Assembly: GCA_964035575.1 (NCBI GenBank)
Contig: OZ037836.1
Span: 1,426,001-1,490,000, forward strand
Direction of reading: 5' to 3'
DNA from: Rhynchopus sp. YZ270_cl-10
Taxonomy: Eukaryota
DNA: 64,000 bases
Positions within the stretch are counted from its first letter, which is position 1, and the number at the start of each line of letters is the position of its first letter. Shown piece by piece: positions 1 through 12,223 of this stretch. The notes beneath the pieces are model-generated. The model was not told where the DNA came from. It did no database searches and saw nothing but the letters and a program-made list of their open reading frames with translations. The position numbers were made by a program, and so were the translations under genes.

Positions 1-371
1 TGAAATTTGTTGCTTTATTGGACTCATCGGGCATTTTTGTGACCTGGACATGGGGGTCAGACTCCACTTTCGAGCACCTAAAATAGGGTCAAAAAAATTG
101 GAGTCTAAAATTTAGGGGGGGATCTACTATTCAAAGGGGGGATCTACTATTCGACCCCCCCCAGTAATCAGCCCCGCCGCCAGGATTTTGGGTTTTGAAA
201 AAGTTCTGTTGATGGTCCAAAAAAAAATTTTCGCGCTTCGCGCGAAAATCCCTGCAAAGCTCCTTCTCGTGGCCTCCGGCGGAGAGATGCATGTTCCCCA
301 AGCCCGGTCAGAGTTCCTCCGAATCAGCGACATTTGCTCTTTCCTCTCACCAGGCTGTACATTGTACTCTT

Positions 372-1023
372 CGGTGGCCGTCCACAAGCCGTAGTGGGTG
401 TCAGCCTTCTTATCAGTAAGCAGCGGTCATGGTACCCAAAGGTTCCTGGCGAAGCCACGGTACGCAACATTTTTAAAAAATGTTCCCATAAAATGGAACT
501 GCGCTGGTGGGATACATACTTGCGCCGCAGGCGCACGGTACGCAACTTTTTTTTTTTTCCAACACCCGATTTTCAGGGCCTTCAACGTGTCGAAGTTAAG
601 CCTTAACTTCGACAACTTTTTTTTTTTGATTTTTTTTTTTGTCGAAGTTCGACAAATCTAAAAAAAATATGGGATTTTGGCAAAATCCTTGTATCTCTGA
701 CGAAGTTGCAGGGTAGTCCACGGGAGAAACTCGGTTCAGGGTTTTAACTTTAACATTCTCCTGTGATCCACTGTGACCATTTGGACAGAGCTCGTAGAAC
801 CCAATGAGGAGTGAGCCAGGCAAAAGTAGCGTACCGTGCGCCTGCGGCGCAAGCAGGCATCCCACCCTTCCCATGACATAGTTTGGCTGAAAATAAAGCG
901 CCATGGTATGCGCAATATTTGAAATGTTGCGTACCGTGGCTTCGCCAGGGACCTTTGTTGTTATAAATGTACTGAGCTTACTGATAAGACTGGTGTGATA
1001 CCCACTACGGCTTGTGGGTCACC
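372..1023. mobile_element. Foldback/MITE-like element with imperfect ~180-200 bp inverted arms
   Basis: Left arm ccacaagccgtagtgggt...ggcgaagccacggtacgcaacattt...gcgccgcaggcgcacggtacgc is mirrored at 822-1023. The same modules recur at 13070-13270, 52488-52630, 57598-57690 and 61860-61930. Confidence 0.6.
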
Positions 1024-2454
1024 AGTGGCTACAAAGCACACGTGTGTGGGACAGGCGGAGTTTTTTGGTTGACCGAGTTTTCAAAAACGACCAAAGCCTG
1101 TATAAACCCCTGATAGCTTCTCCCTGTGATTTGCTGCACCCGCGCGCGCGAAGCGCGCGCGGGCTCGGGGAGGTCAACTTTTTTTTTTTTTTTTTTAAAC
1201 TTCGACAAAACTGTGGACAGACTTTGTCGATGGTTGAAGGCCCTGCCGATTTTGACTTTTTTGGGACGTTTGAGCACTCACCTCTCCATATCTTCTTCTC
1301 CTGAGATTTTTTGACAAGTAGAACGGGTCTGAACCACTCAACAGAACTTTTTTTTTGAAAACTTGGAAAAATCACGTGTCGCAACAGCATATATCCACGC
1401 CACGCCCACCCTCCGCCTAACTTACTTCCATTTCGCGGTCTACGTTGAGATGTCCTACTCCCGCTACCGCTCGTCAGTCAACGAAACGGGTATAATTGGA
1501 ACACAAGGGAGCAAATCCTTGTGCGAAGTAAGTGGGCTCGGTTTTTTTTTTTTTTTTTTTTCCCATTTTCAAAAAGTTCTGTTGACCATCAACAGAACTT
1601 TGCTAGGTGGCGGCCCCCCTGTCCTTAATACTCATTTGTTATATCCTGAAGTCAGATTTTCATTTTTTTTTTTTTAAACTTTTTTCACCACTGGTGCTAT
1701 GGGAAATCTGTCAACGACCTGACAGCGACATGTCAATATCGACCCCTCCCGGAGCACCAACCACCATTTACTCCCCAACTGTTTCTCTCTCTGTGATGTC
1801 GTGTTGACAATCTATGAGAGTCCCCCCTCCCCGTTGCAATGCAAAAAAGGGATCTTGCACACCGTGGCAGCCACAGTATCTATTTGCGTCAAAAATAACG
1901 AGTTTTTAACCACTCGACGGTGTGCACTGTATGTTAGTGGTTTGATCTCTCAAAGTACTTTGGGGGGTGGTGCTCTCCGCCTGATTTTGCCAGAAATTTC
2001 GTGGAGTTTATAACGTTTAGTGGGTTTTTTTGGTGGTGTTTATACCACCAAAACCCCTCTAAATTTCAAGAAAAATCAGGTGGACCCCCCAGAGCGGAAT
2101 ATGGACCAATTGGTGACTAGTGTGGTGTGGTCGAAGGTAGTAGAGTGTACTGTGAAGACTTTGTTAAGACTTGCGCTTCGATTGCACCATAGTGTGTGAT
2201 ACAAGACATCGTCTCCAGAGAAGAAACCATATTCGTTCACAGAGAACTTCTTGTGCCATTCGTTTTTTGATCATCCCTTTTTCTGTTTTTTTTCTTTTTT
2301 CAAGGACTTTGTTTTTTCATGTCATTTCCCCCCTTTTTTTTCATCCGTAAAAACCCCCCTTTTTTTTCCCGTTTTCAAAAAAGTTCTGTTGATGATCACC
2401 ATAGCTTTGTTAGGTGGCGCCCCCCCTCCTTGAATCTAGCTCCCCGTCTATCAT

Positions 2455-2670
2455 TTGTTTGATAAAACAACTTGTTGTCAATTCTAAAAAGATTGGAGGC
2501 AGCGCTGCAGGGCAAACAAAACGGATTGAAAAAAACAGAAGCTTGCTTGTTTTCTTTGAGTACTCAATTAACCACAACAACCGTACTTCAGTTTAACACA
2601 TTTTTTCACCTTTTTGTTTTCCCGGCTTTGAGCGCACAAACAAAAGACCCGATCTTTTTTAGTATTTTTT
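2455..2670. repeat. Dispersed ~210-bp repeat with an inverted near-identical copy at ~33340-33555
   Basis: gataaaacaacttgttgtcaattctaaaaagattggaggcagcgctgcagggc... occurs as the reverse complement at 33340-33555; the ORF track gives matching peptides at both sites. Confidence 0.85.
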
Positions 2671-2819
2671 TCTCTCCCTCTCCACCCCCCCCCACTCTTC
2701 CCCTCCTTCCCCAGACGATAGTGTCACCATGCTTCGCTCTGACTCAAATGACCCCTCAGCCACTCAGGACTGTGATGGTTGCAGACGCGTCTGCACATCT
2801 CCACCCATCACTGCCTTCG

Positions 2820-2997
2820 GCCATACCCCGAAGGTGAATTCCGTATTTCGCCTGACATTCAGATCCCAAAATTCCTGGTCCATTATCAGATTTTATTCGG
2901 GAATATTCGGATCTGAATATAGGGTGGATACTGTTGTGTACAGGAATTTTGCGATCTGAATGTCAGGTGAAATACAGATTCACCTTCGGGGTATGCC
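2820..2997. mobile_element. ~180-bp MITE with ~55-bp TIRs
   Basis: gccataccccgaaggtgaat...cagatcccaaaattcctg pairs with caggaattttgcgatctg...attcaccttcggggtatgcc, followed by TA and G5. The terminus is shared with the 5121-7089 element. Confidence 0.75.
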
Positions 2998-3125
2998 TAG
3001 GGGGTGCTTGTCAATGCAATGAAGAGTCGGAGAGTGAGTACAATTTCCTCTGTTTAGGGGTTTAGTTCCAGATTATTATTTCAGGCTGTGTATGGGGGCG
3101 TTCCTCGGAGGGGGGGGGGGGGGTA

Positions 3126-4499
3126 GAGGGTCGCATTGGCTAACGTTTTTATGTAATTTTTATTATTTTTTCGCTGGTGGACCATTTCAGTGGTGACCCA
3201 CACCCTGTGCCACCCCAAAAATGGGTTTCCGGGGGTTTTTGGGGGGTTTTGCGGCAAAAAACGTGAAAAAACGTAAAAAAAAATGCGTTTTTATTGGTGT
3301 TTTCATGATTTTGTACTGTATACAGCCTATGATTGGAGGAATTTGACATATTTGACTAAATAATTCAAACCAAGATCGGTTCGAAGGGTCCAAAAGGGTG
3401 CAGCTCGTCGAAATCAGGCCCACAGGACCCCCAGGAGTACGATTTCCACCGGAGAGTGACCCCAAGAGGCCTCTGGCATCCCTAATTTGGCATTTTCTGC
3501 CTCCCCCCACAGCCGTGCATTTCGAGCCCCAGCTGAAGCACTTCATCAGGACACGCCATACACACGCCCCTGATCTGCTCCCCATCCACGAACCTCCTCA
3601 CGAACTCAGCAGCATCCTCAGACGCTTTTTGTGAGGGGGAGGTCGTTTTTTTATTTGTTACGCCTGGCAGGGTAGGAGAAGGTGGGCAGTGAGGGGGGAG
3701 GGGTGAGGGGGGTGTTTGAGGCGCATACGCACGGGTTCAGGGGGTCATGTTCAACTCAATATTTCAAACCAAGATCGGTTCGAAGGGTCCAAAAGGGTGC
3801 AGCTGGCCGAAATCAGGCCCACAGGACCCCCAGGAGTACGATTTCCACAGGAGAGTGACCCCAAGAGTCCTCTGGCGGCCCTAAATTGGCATTTTTTAGC
3901 CCAAAACCGCCCCTGCCCCCCCATCTGGGGGGGAGGGCAATTTTTCACTCCTTTTCCCCATTTCTAGTGCTTCTAAGTCCTCCAAAGGGTAAAAAACTGG
4001 TTCCATTGGGTCCGCAGACCATTTTTGGGGGGGGTATGTACCCAAATTTGCATCATACCCTACTTTATGTGATGGCCAGGGGAAAAGTCCTGGACTGGAC
4101 AAGGGGTGGACAAGGGGTGGACAAGCACTTTTTTTGACTCAAAAACTCAAAAAAAATCATTTGCAAGTGGTACAGAAGCCTGTTGGTCGTTGAAATCAGG
4201 TCCACAGGACCCCTGGGACCCGATTTGCACCGGAGAGTCACCAAAATAGACCTCTGGTGATCCAAAAAAATCAATTTTTTTGCTAAAAAACCACTTTTGC
4301 CCATTTTGGGGTAAAAGTCCATTTTTCACTAATTTTCCCCATTTTGGGTATTTCTGAGCCCACCAAAGTGTAAAAAAATGGTTTCATTGGATCCTCCGAA
4401 CATTTTTGGGGTGGGTATGTGTCTAGTTTTCCACGGGAAACGAGTATCTATGTCACAAAAAATTTTTATTTCACTTTTTGTGAGGACAATGCGACCCCC
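3126..4499. mobile_element. Non-autonomous TIR element flanked by TA, with internal ~400-bp-period repeats
   Basis: TA|gagggtcgcattg ... caatgcgaccccc|TA (13 bp, 1 mismatch). Internal direct repeats at ~3364, ~3763 and a diverged copy at ~4140. Confidence 0.7.
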
Positions 4500-4517
4500 T
4501 AGGGGGGGGGGGGGGTA

Positions 4518-5118
4518 GGGGGGGTCAAATGCACTTAAAAAAACGATACAAACGTCATTTTTTCGAGTTTTTGATAAAAACGCATTATTTTGGATGATTG
4601 AGTAGAAATTTTGACCAAGAACCTCTCAAAAACATCGTGGGGGGTGGTTTTCACGCCAGAGGGGGATCACATGCACCCCAAATGGTGAAATTCCAAAAAA
4701 AAAAAAAAATTGCCCATGACTGGTACCGGCCCCACCAATTCCTTAAGGAATTAAATTCCGATTTTTTTCATTTTTTTTGCGATTTTTTTGCTCAAAAATT
4801 GACGATACCCTGTTTTCGGGGCAAAACTCTCTAATTTTGGGCAGTTCCGTGTGAAAATATGCAAAAATAGTCAAAAATTGGAAAATCGTTAAGGAAATCG
4901 TTAAGGAAATCCTTAACGACTTAACGTGGGGTACCAATCATGGGCAATTTTTCAATTTTCACGTTTTAGCACCTCCTGGGCCCGAAAAATGGGTCAAAAC
5001 CGACCGACAAACAGTTTTCCACACGATATGTGTCACATTTTCGGGTCAGATTCACTTAGAAATGCGTTTTTATCAAAAACTGAAAAAAGTGGGTTTGTAT
5101 CACCCATTTGACCGCCCC
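4518..5118. mobile_element. Non-autonomous TIR element flanked by TA
   Basis: TA|gggggggtcaaatg ... catttgaccgcccc|TA, plus subterminal gtttttgataaaaacgcatt / aatgcgtttttatcaaaaac. Confidence 0.75.
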
Positions 5119-5340
5119 TAGGCATACATGGTAAGCGAACAAAAAATTCGCTTTATTCGCTTTTGGTTCGCTTTTTTATTCGCTTTATTCGCCGGCGAAT
5201 AAAGCGAATAAAGCGAACCAAAAGCGAACGAAAAAGCGAACAAAAAGCGAATAAAAAGCAACGTATTTTTTGTCAAGTCTAGTGTGTCGAGTCTAGTCCC
5301 CCGAGATCCCCCAATACCCGCAACGACGCCAAAATAAGGC

Positions 5341-6704
5341 TACTGTACTGTACTGTACTGTACTGTACTGTACTGTACTGTACTGTACTGTACTGTACTG
5401 TACTGTACTGTACTGTACTGTACTGTACTGTACTGTACTGTACTGTACTGTACTGTACTGTACTGTACTGTACTGTACTGTACTGTACTGTACTGTACTG
5501 TACTGTACTGTACTGTACTGTACTGTACTGTACTGTACTGTACTGTACTGTACTGTACTGTACTGTACTGTACTGTACTGTACTGTACTGTACTGTACTG
5601 TACTGTACTGTACTGTACTGTACTGTACTGTACTGTACTGTACTGTACTGTACTGTACTGTACTGTACTGTACTGTACTGTACTGTACTGTACTGTACTG
5701 TACTGTACTGTACTGTACTGTACTGTACTGTACTGTACTGTACTGTACTGTACTGTACTGTACTGTACTGTACTGTACTGTACTGTACTGTACTGTACTG
5801 TACTGTACTGTACTGTACTGTACTGTACTGTACTGTACTGTACTGTACTGTACTGTACTGTACTGTACTGTACTGTACTGTACTGTACTGTACTGTACTG
5901 TACTGTACTGTACTGTACTGTACTGTACTGTACTGTACTGTACTGTACTGTACTGTACTGTACTGTACTGTACTGTACTGTACTGTACTGTACTGTACTG
6001 TACTGTACTGTACTGTACTGTACTGTACTGTACTGTACTGTACTGTACTGTACTGTACTGTACTGTACTGTACTGTACTGTACTGTACTGTACTGTACTG
6101 TACTGTACTGTACTGTACTGTACTGTACTGTACTGTACTGTACTGTACTGTACTGTACTGTACTGTACTGTACTGTACTGTACTGTACTGTACTGTACTG
6201 TACTGTACTGTACTGTACTGTACTGTACTGTACTGTACTGTACTGTACTGTACTGTACTGTACTGTACTGTACTGTACTGTACTGTACTGTACTGTACTG
6301 TACTGTACTGTACTGTACTGTACTGTACTGTACTGTACTGTACTGTACTGTACTGTACTGTACTGTACTGTACTGTACTGTACTGTACTGTACTGTACTG
6401 TACTGTACTGTACTGTACTGTACTGTACTGTACTGTACTGTACTGTACTGTACTGTACTGTACTGTACTGTACTGTACTGTACTGTACTGTACTGTACTG
6501 TACTGTACTGTACTGTACTGTACTGTACTGTACTGTACTGTACTGTACTGTACTGTACTGTACTGTACTGTACTGTACTGTACTGTACTGTACTGTACTG
6601 TACTGTACTGTACTGTACTGTACTGTACTGTACTGTACTGTACTGTACTGTACTGTACTGTACTGTACTGTACTGTACTGTACTGTACTGTACTGTACTG
6701 TACT
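5341..6704. repeat. Perfect (TACTG)n microsatellite, ~273 units
   Basis: Seen directly. Confidence 0.99.
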
Positions 6705-6713
6705 CCCAATCCC

Positions 6714-6886
6714 CTGTGTATACTGTGTATACTGTGTATACTGTGTATACTGTGTATACTGTGTATACTGTGTATACTGTGTATACTGTGTATACTGTGT
6801 ATACTGTGTATACTGTGTATACTGTGTATACTGTGTATACTGTGTATACTGTGTATACTGTGTATACTGTGTATACTGTGTATACT
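6714..6886. repeat. (CTGTGTATA)n 9-mer satellite, ~19 units
   Basis: Seen directly. Confidence 0.98.
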
Positions 6887-7103
6887 CAGTACTCAGCACC
6901 CACTAGCTCTCAGTAAGCTCTCACAGCCTGTTACGTGTCCCACGGAGACGATCATAGATCACCCAAAGGCGAATAAAAGGCGAATAAAGCGAATAAAAAA
7001 GCGAACCAAAAGCGAATAAAGCGAACTTTTTATTCGCTTTTTTGGAAAAGCGAATAAAGCGAATTTTTTGTTCGCTTACCATGTATGCCTAGGGGGGGGG
7101 GTA

Positions 7104-8301
7104 GGGGATACGACTCCAGCCATTTTGGCTGGGACCAAACGCACGGAAAATTCATTTGGCATTATCTGGCCATCTCCAAGGCAACTGCGGGTGAAAAACA
7201 CCCTCAGAGTGGGTCACAGGGGGCCTGTGGGTCGAAAAACGACCCAGAAGCCACCCCAGAATACAAAAAAATGGAAAAAAATAGTGAAAAAACGGCTTTT
7301 TTCACGTTTTGGCCACTTTGGGCAAAATAGCGATTTTTCGAGAAAAAAATCAAAAACCGGGATATTTTTTGACATCACAAAGCCTCCTTTGGCACAAATA
7401 TACCCCAAAAGTGGCCTGTGAGTCCATTCCAACCTGTTTTGGACATATTTGACACTTTTGGAAGTGTTTTTTTGGTGTTTTTAGGTCAAAAAAATGCCCA
7501 AGACGTCCCCAAGACATCCCCAAGACACTTTGCACACCCCCTGTTACGGTCATATTTTTTTCGTTTTTTTGCCTGAAACCCCCAAAATACCCCTCCCGGA
7601 CCCCACATAGTCCCGAATATCCATCACACACCCACTCAGAGTGAGTAGAAGCACCCCAAAAAAAATATTTTTTAAAGCCCTAAAATTGTGCTTCAGTTTC
7701 GGCAGCATCCATGTTGAAGTTGAAGGGCTTTAAAAAATATTTTTTTTGGGGTGCTTCTACTCACTCTGAGTGGGTGTGTGATGGATATTCGGGACTATGT
7801 GGGGTCCGGGAGGGGTATTTTGGGGGTTTCAGGCAAAAAAACGAAAAAAATATGACCGTAACAGGGGGTGTGCAAAGTGTCTTGGGGATGTCTTGGGGAC
7901 GTCTTGGGCATTTTTTTGACCTAAAAACACCAAAAAAACACTTCCAAAAGTGTCAAATATGTCCAAAACAGGTTGGAATGGACTCACAGGCCACTTTTGG
8001 GGTATATTTGTGCCAAAGGAGGCTTTGTGATGTCAAAAAATATCCCGGTTTTTGATTTTTTTCTCGAAAAATCGCTATTTTGCCCAAAGTGGCCAAAACG
8101 TGAAAAAAGCCGTTTTTTCACTATTTTTTTCCATTTTTTTGTATTCTGGGGTGGCTTCTGGGTCGTTTTTCGACCCACAGGCCCCCTGTGACCCACTCTG
8201 AGGGTGTTTTTCACCCGCAGTTGCCTTGGAGATGGCCAGATAATGCCAAATGAATTTTCCGTGCGTTTGGTCCCAGCCAAAATGGCTGGAGTCGTATCCC
8301 C
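7104..8301. mobile_element. Foldback element: 578-bp apparently perfect inverted arms with a 42-bp spacer
   Basis: Arms at 7104-7681 and 7724-8301. The ORF track gives identical peptides on opposite strands. Boundaries are TA|ggggatacgac...gtcgtatcccc|TA. Confidence 0.9.
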
Positions 8302-8316
8302 TAGGGGGGGGGGCTA

Positions 8317-9124
8317 GGGGGTCCGACTCCCTAGTAAAATTTTGTCCGTTTTTCATTTTTTTCAACATTCGGCCATTTCCCGGGCACCTCCGGGCGAATC
8401 CTACCCCCAAAATAATATATCTGGGCAGTGTGGGCCTGAATTCACCCTCTAGGTACCACAAAATACAAAAAAAATTGAAAAATATGGTGAAAAATCGGGT
8501 TTTTTGCCTTAGGCAAAATAGCCGGTTTTTGACTAAAAATTGTGTCTCCAAAAAAAAATCAAAAAAAACCCAAAAAATAGACGAAAAAAGGCGTCTCTGG
8601 CCACAATTTCGACGGAAATACGTGGCTTGAGTCAATTGCAACCGGTTTTTCACACTTTAGACAATTTTGCGACGCCTTGTTTGTGTTTTTCTTGTCCCCG
8701 GTCCAACCCCGGTCCAACCCCGGTCCACCGCATACGTTTTTTCACCTAAAAATACAAAAAAACGTCGAAAAGGGTGTCAAAAGGGTGAAACCTCGTTTTC
8801 AATTGACTCAAAACACATTTTTGGGTCGAAATTGTGTCCAGGCACGCCTTTTTTCGTCTATTTTTTGGGCTTTTTTTTGATTTTTTAGAAATTTGGTTAA
8901 AACTGGCTATGTTGCCCAAAAGGCCAAAATAGCCTATTTTTCACCATATTTTTCAATTTTTTTTGTATTTTGGGGTACCTAGAGGGTGAATTTAGCCCCA
9001 CAGGGCCCAGACACCCTATTTTGGGGGTAGGATTCGCCCGGAGGTGCCCGGGAAATGGCCGAATGTTGGAAAAAATGAAAACCGGACAAAATTCCTTAAG
9101 GAATTCCTTAAGAGTCGGACCCCC
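8317..9124. mobile_element. Foldback element with ~340-bp imperfect inverted arms
   Basis: TA|gggggtccgactc ... gagtcggaccccc|TA. The internal ggccatttcccgggcacctccgggcgaatcctacccccaaaata is mirrored at ~9017-9060. Confidence 0.85.
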
Positions 9125-10377
9125 TAGGGGGGGGGGGGGGGGGGGCATTGGCCCGGTTGTGTTTGATGATCAGATGTAAACCACGAAATGGATGTGGGAC
9201 CACATCGTTGGATGTCCACCCCCGGTACAGTCGGTTATTGTACCAAGGTACACTGCTCACGAGAGGGCTGTGTATTTCAAGTCTACTTTGATTTCAGGTG
9301 AGTTTTCTCTAGTATTAGGAGAACAGCCCATTGTGTGTGTGTCCACGTGATACTCGCTCTCAAGCACCAGAAATGCCACGAAATGGACCAAAAAAAAAAG
9401 TAAAAATAAAACGTAGAGAAATCACAGGAAGGCAGCCCGCAAAAAAAGAAAAGAGAAAAGGGAGAGAAAAAAAGTGCAAAAAAGGCTTCGGCCGGTATTG
9501 AGTACAGATCTTTATAATATTATTGTACAGTGATTGTTGATACAGAAAAAAAAAATAGGAGATTCAAACCAACAGAATATCAAAAGAAATAAAGAAAGAA
9601 GAAGGAATTAAAAAATCCAAAAAAAAGAAAAAAATACAAAACGAACAAAAAAAAACATTGCTTTTTCCACAAAGAAAGTAAACAATAATGAAAACAACAA
9701 AAAAAAGGACACATTTTTTCCCCCCTCTAGAAAAAATAAAAGTGGAGTGCATCCTCGGGTGACTACACTAATACAACCAAGTTTTCAAATAAGAATACTG
9801 ATTTTCCACAATCATTCTGCCAGCGCTGTTGCCTTCATCGACCTGCCATCAGTTGTCCATCCACATGCATATGTTGCCTTGGAACACCGAAAAATACGGC
9901 CGCGAAATTTTCGGGAACCTTTCTTAGCATCTTGCTGCGTTCGGTGGCAGTACCCTCTTCTTCCAGTGATGGCTGCAGACGCTGATGCAGACGTGCATGC
10001 GCCTGCAGATGCCTGCACGTCTGAATCCAACCCTGTGGTCTACCCACACAGTCATATCAGTAAAGTAAAACACCCCCTCCCAGCAACCAAAAAAAAAAAT
10101 TTTTTTTTTCCCCCAGACATCCCCTCCCCACATTTCCTCCTTTCACATGGAGTGACTTTATTATCTCTTTTCCCCCCTTTTTTTTGGTTGCACCCAGCCA
10201 AAAAAAAAATCCTTCTATTCCCCACAACACATTTACACAAATCTCCCCCCCAAAAAAATAGTGAAATCTGCGAAGAAATATACGGTGCTCTAAAGGGTTG
10301 AGGGTGATCTGAGTCAAAACCTTAACAAACTTTCAAAAAAAAAAAATACCTCAAAATACCGTCAATCAGGTGATTAA

Positions 10378-10893
10378 ATGAAGTTTTCATTGAAAGCAGT
10401 TCCTGCGGAAGATGCGTTGCGGTGGAATAACGTTGTTGAAGAGCTTCCGTTGGAAAAGCGTGTCGAATATGCGGTGAACTTTTTGAAGGAAAAGAACTTG
10501 GTACGGCGCAGGACTTGGGATCGTCGTGGCGTCTTTAGTGCAGAGGTCAATGCGGCCCGCTGCCAGGCCCAGCTGAACGCCGAGTTGGAACACTGTGTGG
10601 GGTATTTGGGCAGCGATCTGGCGCCTCTCGCGCAGCACAGAGTCACGCAAGACGCAACTCTGAACCTCGTCCGCATGGCAGTCAAGCCCACAGCCAAGCG
10701 CCTTCCTCCACTCCGTCAAACCCAGAGCCAACGCCTTGAAGCCCTCCTACACAGTCTATATGAAGTGCGTGCACAGCAAGAGATGAAAGAACTGCGGCAA
10801 CGTGCGGTAGCTGCCAGGCAATTGGCGGCACTGCAGAAGAAGCCACAGAAGGAGCGAAAGGCAAGCCTCGCGGGTAAGGCTAAGACAGGGTGA
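10378..10893 (+). CDS. Hypothetical basic, helical protein (171 aa)
   Basis: ATG-started, GC-richer, homopolymer-free ORF between AT/poly-A-rich flanks, with a coiled-coil-like Lys/Arg-rich C-terminus. No family recognised. Confidence 0.55.
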   Translation: MKFSLKAVPAEDALRWNNVVEELPLEKRVEYAVNFLKEKNLVRRRTWDRRGVFSAEVNAARCQAQLNAELEHCVGYLGSDLAPLAQHRVTQDATLNLVRMAVKPTAKRLPPLRQTQSQRLEALLHSLYEVRAQQEMKELRQRAVAARQLAALQKKPQKERKASLAGKAKTG

Positions 10894-10997
10894 AATGCGT
10901 GAGGGATAGTGAAAGGGTATCCTCAGGTGGGCGGGGTGTTTACACAAATACAAAAAAAAACCTTGTTTTTGAGGGTGAAGCAATTCTGTACTGATCT

Positions 10998-11043
<46 letters not shown>

Positions 11044-11314
11044 GAAAATTACTGTAGTAACGAAAAACACGTCCAGTTTAGGGTAATCGTTGGCCAAAAT
11101 TTTCTCTTACCCATCCCCTCACCACCTCCTGGTGCACCGGTGATGAACCAAAGTACACTGTCATGAGTGGGCTGTTGAATTTCAAGTCGTTTTTTTTTTT
11201 TTTTTTTGTTCACACCAGCCCCTCCGCTACGTTTTCAGATTTTTTTTGAGTTCTGTTGCGGGGGGTTTTTTTTTTTCACCCTGCCAGTGTCTTATCCAGG
11301 AATTCAGATTTCAA

Positions 11315-11615
11315 GATTGGGGTCAGCTGTTTTTGTGCCCAAAAATTTTTCAGCACTGCTGACCAGGGACATTAGGAACATAGGGAACTGTATTTTTTTT
11401 TGCGGAGCAAAAAAAATCAAATGGCGCCGCAGGCGAAAAAAAATTTAGGGTACGGTGTAAAAATCTAGCTTTTTACAGTACAGAGTCACACATCGAATCC
11501 TTTTTTGCGGAGCAAAAAAGGGAAAATGGCGCCGCAGGCAAAAAAAAAATTGAGGTACAGCCTGGATGGTGCGGTCAGCAACCCAGTTCCCCATGGTACT
11601 CCCGTGGTTCAACCA

Positions 11616-11620
<5 letters not shown>
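11315..11620. repeat. Dispersed ~300-bp repeat family rich in GNA-triloop hairpins
   Basis: Inverted copies at ~15988-16296 and ~57262-57560. Partial direct copies at ~48686-48865 and ~55050-55180. Confidence 0.85.
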
Positions 11621-11646
<26 letters not shown>

Positions 11647-12159
11647 CTTTTTTCCAGACTTCTGTTGCGCCGCAACAGAACTTTATACGGTAGCGGAGCC
11701 CCTGGTTCACACTGGTAAATTCAGAATTTCTCTCGCTCCTTTTTCTTTCTCATTCATTTACCCCCTTGCCGCAAACCCCTCTCATCTCCTCTCCCCCCCT
11801 CCCTACCTCGGTAGGCGATATCACTTTGTTAACACAACAAAAAAAGAAAAATAGCAAGATTTTTGAAAAATACTCAAGCAGCATTCGCAGCCACGAAGAT
11901 CAATCAAGACAGCCCTTACCGCACATATACACATATTGGTGTGACTTTTTTTGGGAGTGGTGCTATGTGTTTTGCTGCGAACTGCACTTCGTTGACGAGC
12001 TTTACACATCATCAATTTATCAAATAAAATAATCCCCTCCCCACCTACAACCCAATGCAACGTTGTGTTAGGGACGTACTTCCTTTCAACAACTGCAGCT
12101 TTACCGACCCTTCCTTTGCCACTCACAACGCAGCAATGTGAGACACCCTTTCTTCAACT

Positions 12160-12184
12160 TCCCTTTCGCCCCTCCCCGTTACAG
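12160..12184 (+). promoter_or_regulatory. Candidate (trans-)splice acceptor: polypyrimidine tract + CAG
   Basis: ccctttcgcccctccccgttacag lies ~40 nt before ATG 12224. Similar ccccttctccccacag (ends 17913) and ctcttctccccgcag (ends 40433) lie ~100 nt before UBL-LRR ATGs. Confidence 0.4.
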
Positions 12185-12223
12185 AATCATTTAAACAAAA
12201 AAACAACAACTTTCAAGCACACT

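Larger units (their letters stand above)
5121..7089. mobile_element. TIR element (~44-bp perfect TIRs, TA-flanked) carrying two microsatellites
   Basis: TA|ggcatacatggtaagcgaacaaaaaattcgctttattcgctttt has its exact reverse complement ending 7089|TA. Subterminal AAAGCGAA iterations occur on both sides. Confidence 0.85.

Noticed and set aside
5279..6916. Long ORFs (VQYST and YTQ repeats)
   Set aside because: They are stop-free translations of microsatellites; the same applies to 42424-43713, 60814-61755, 62431-62877 and 24574-24969.
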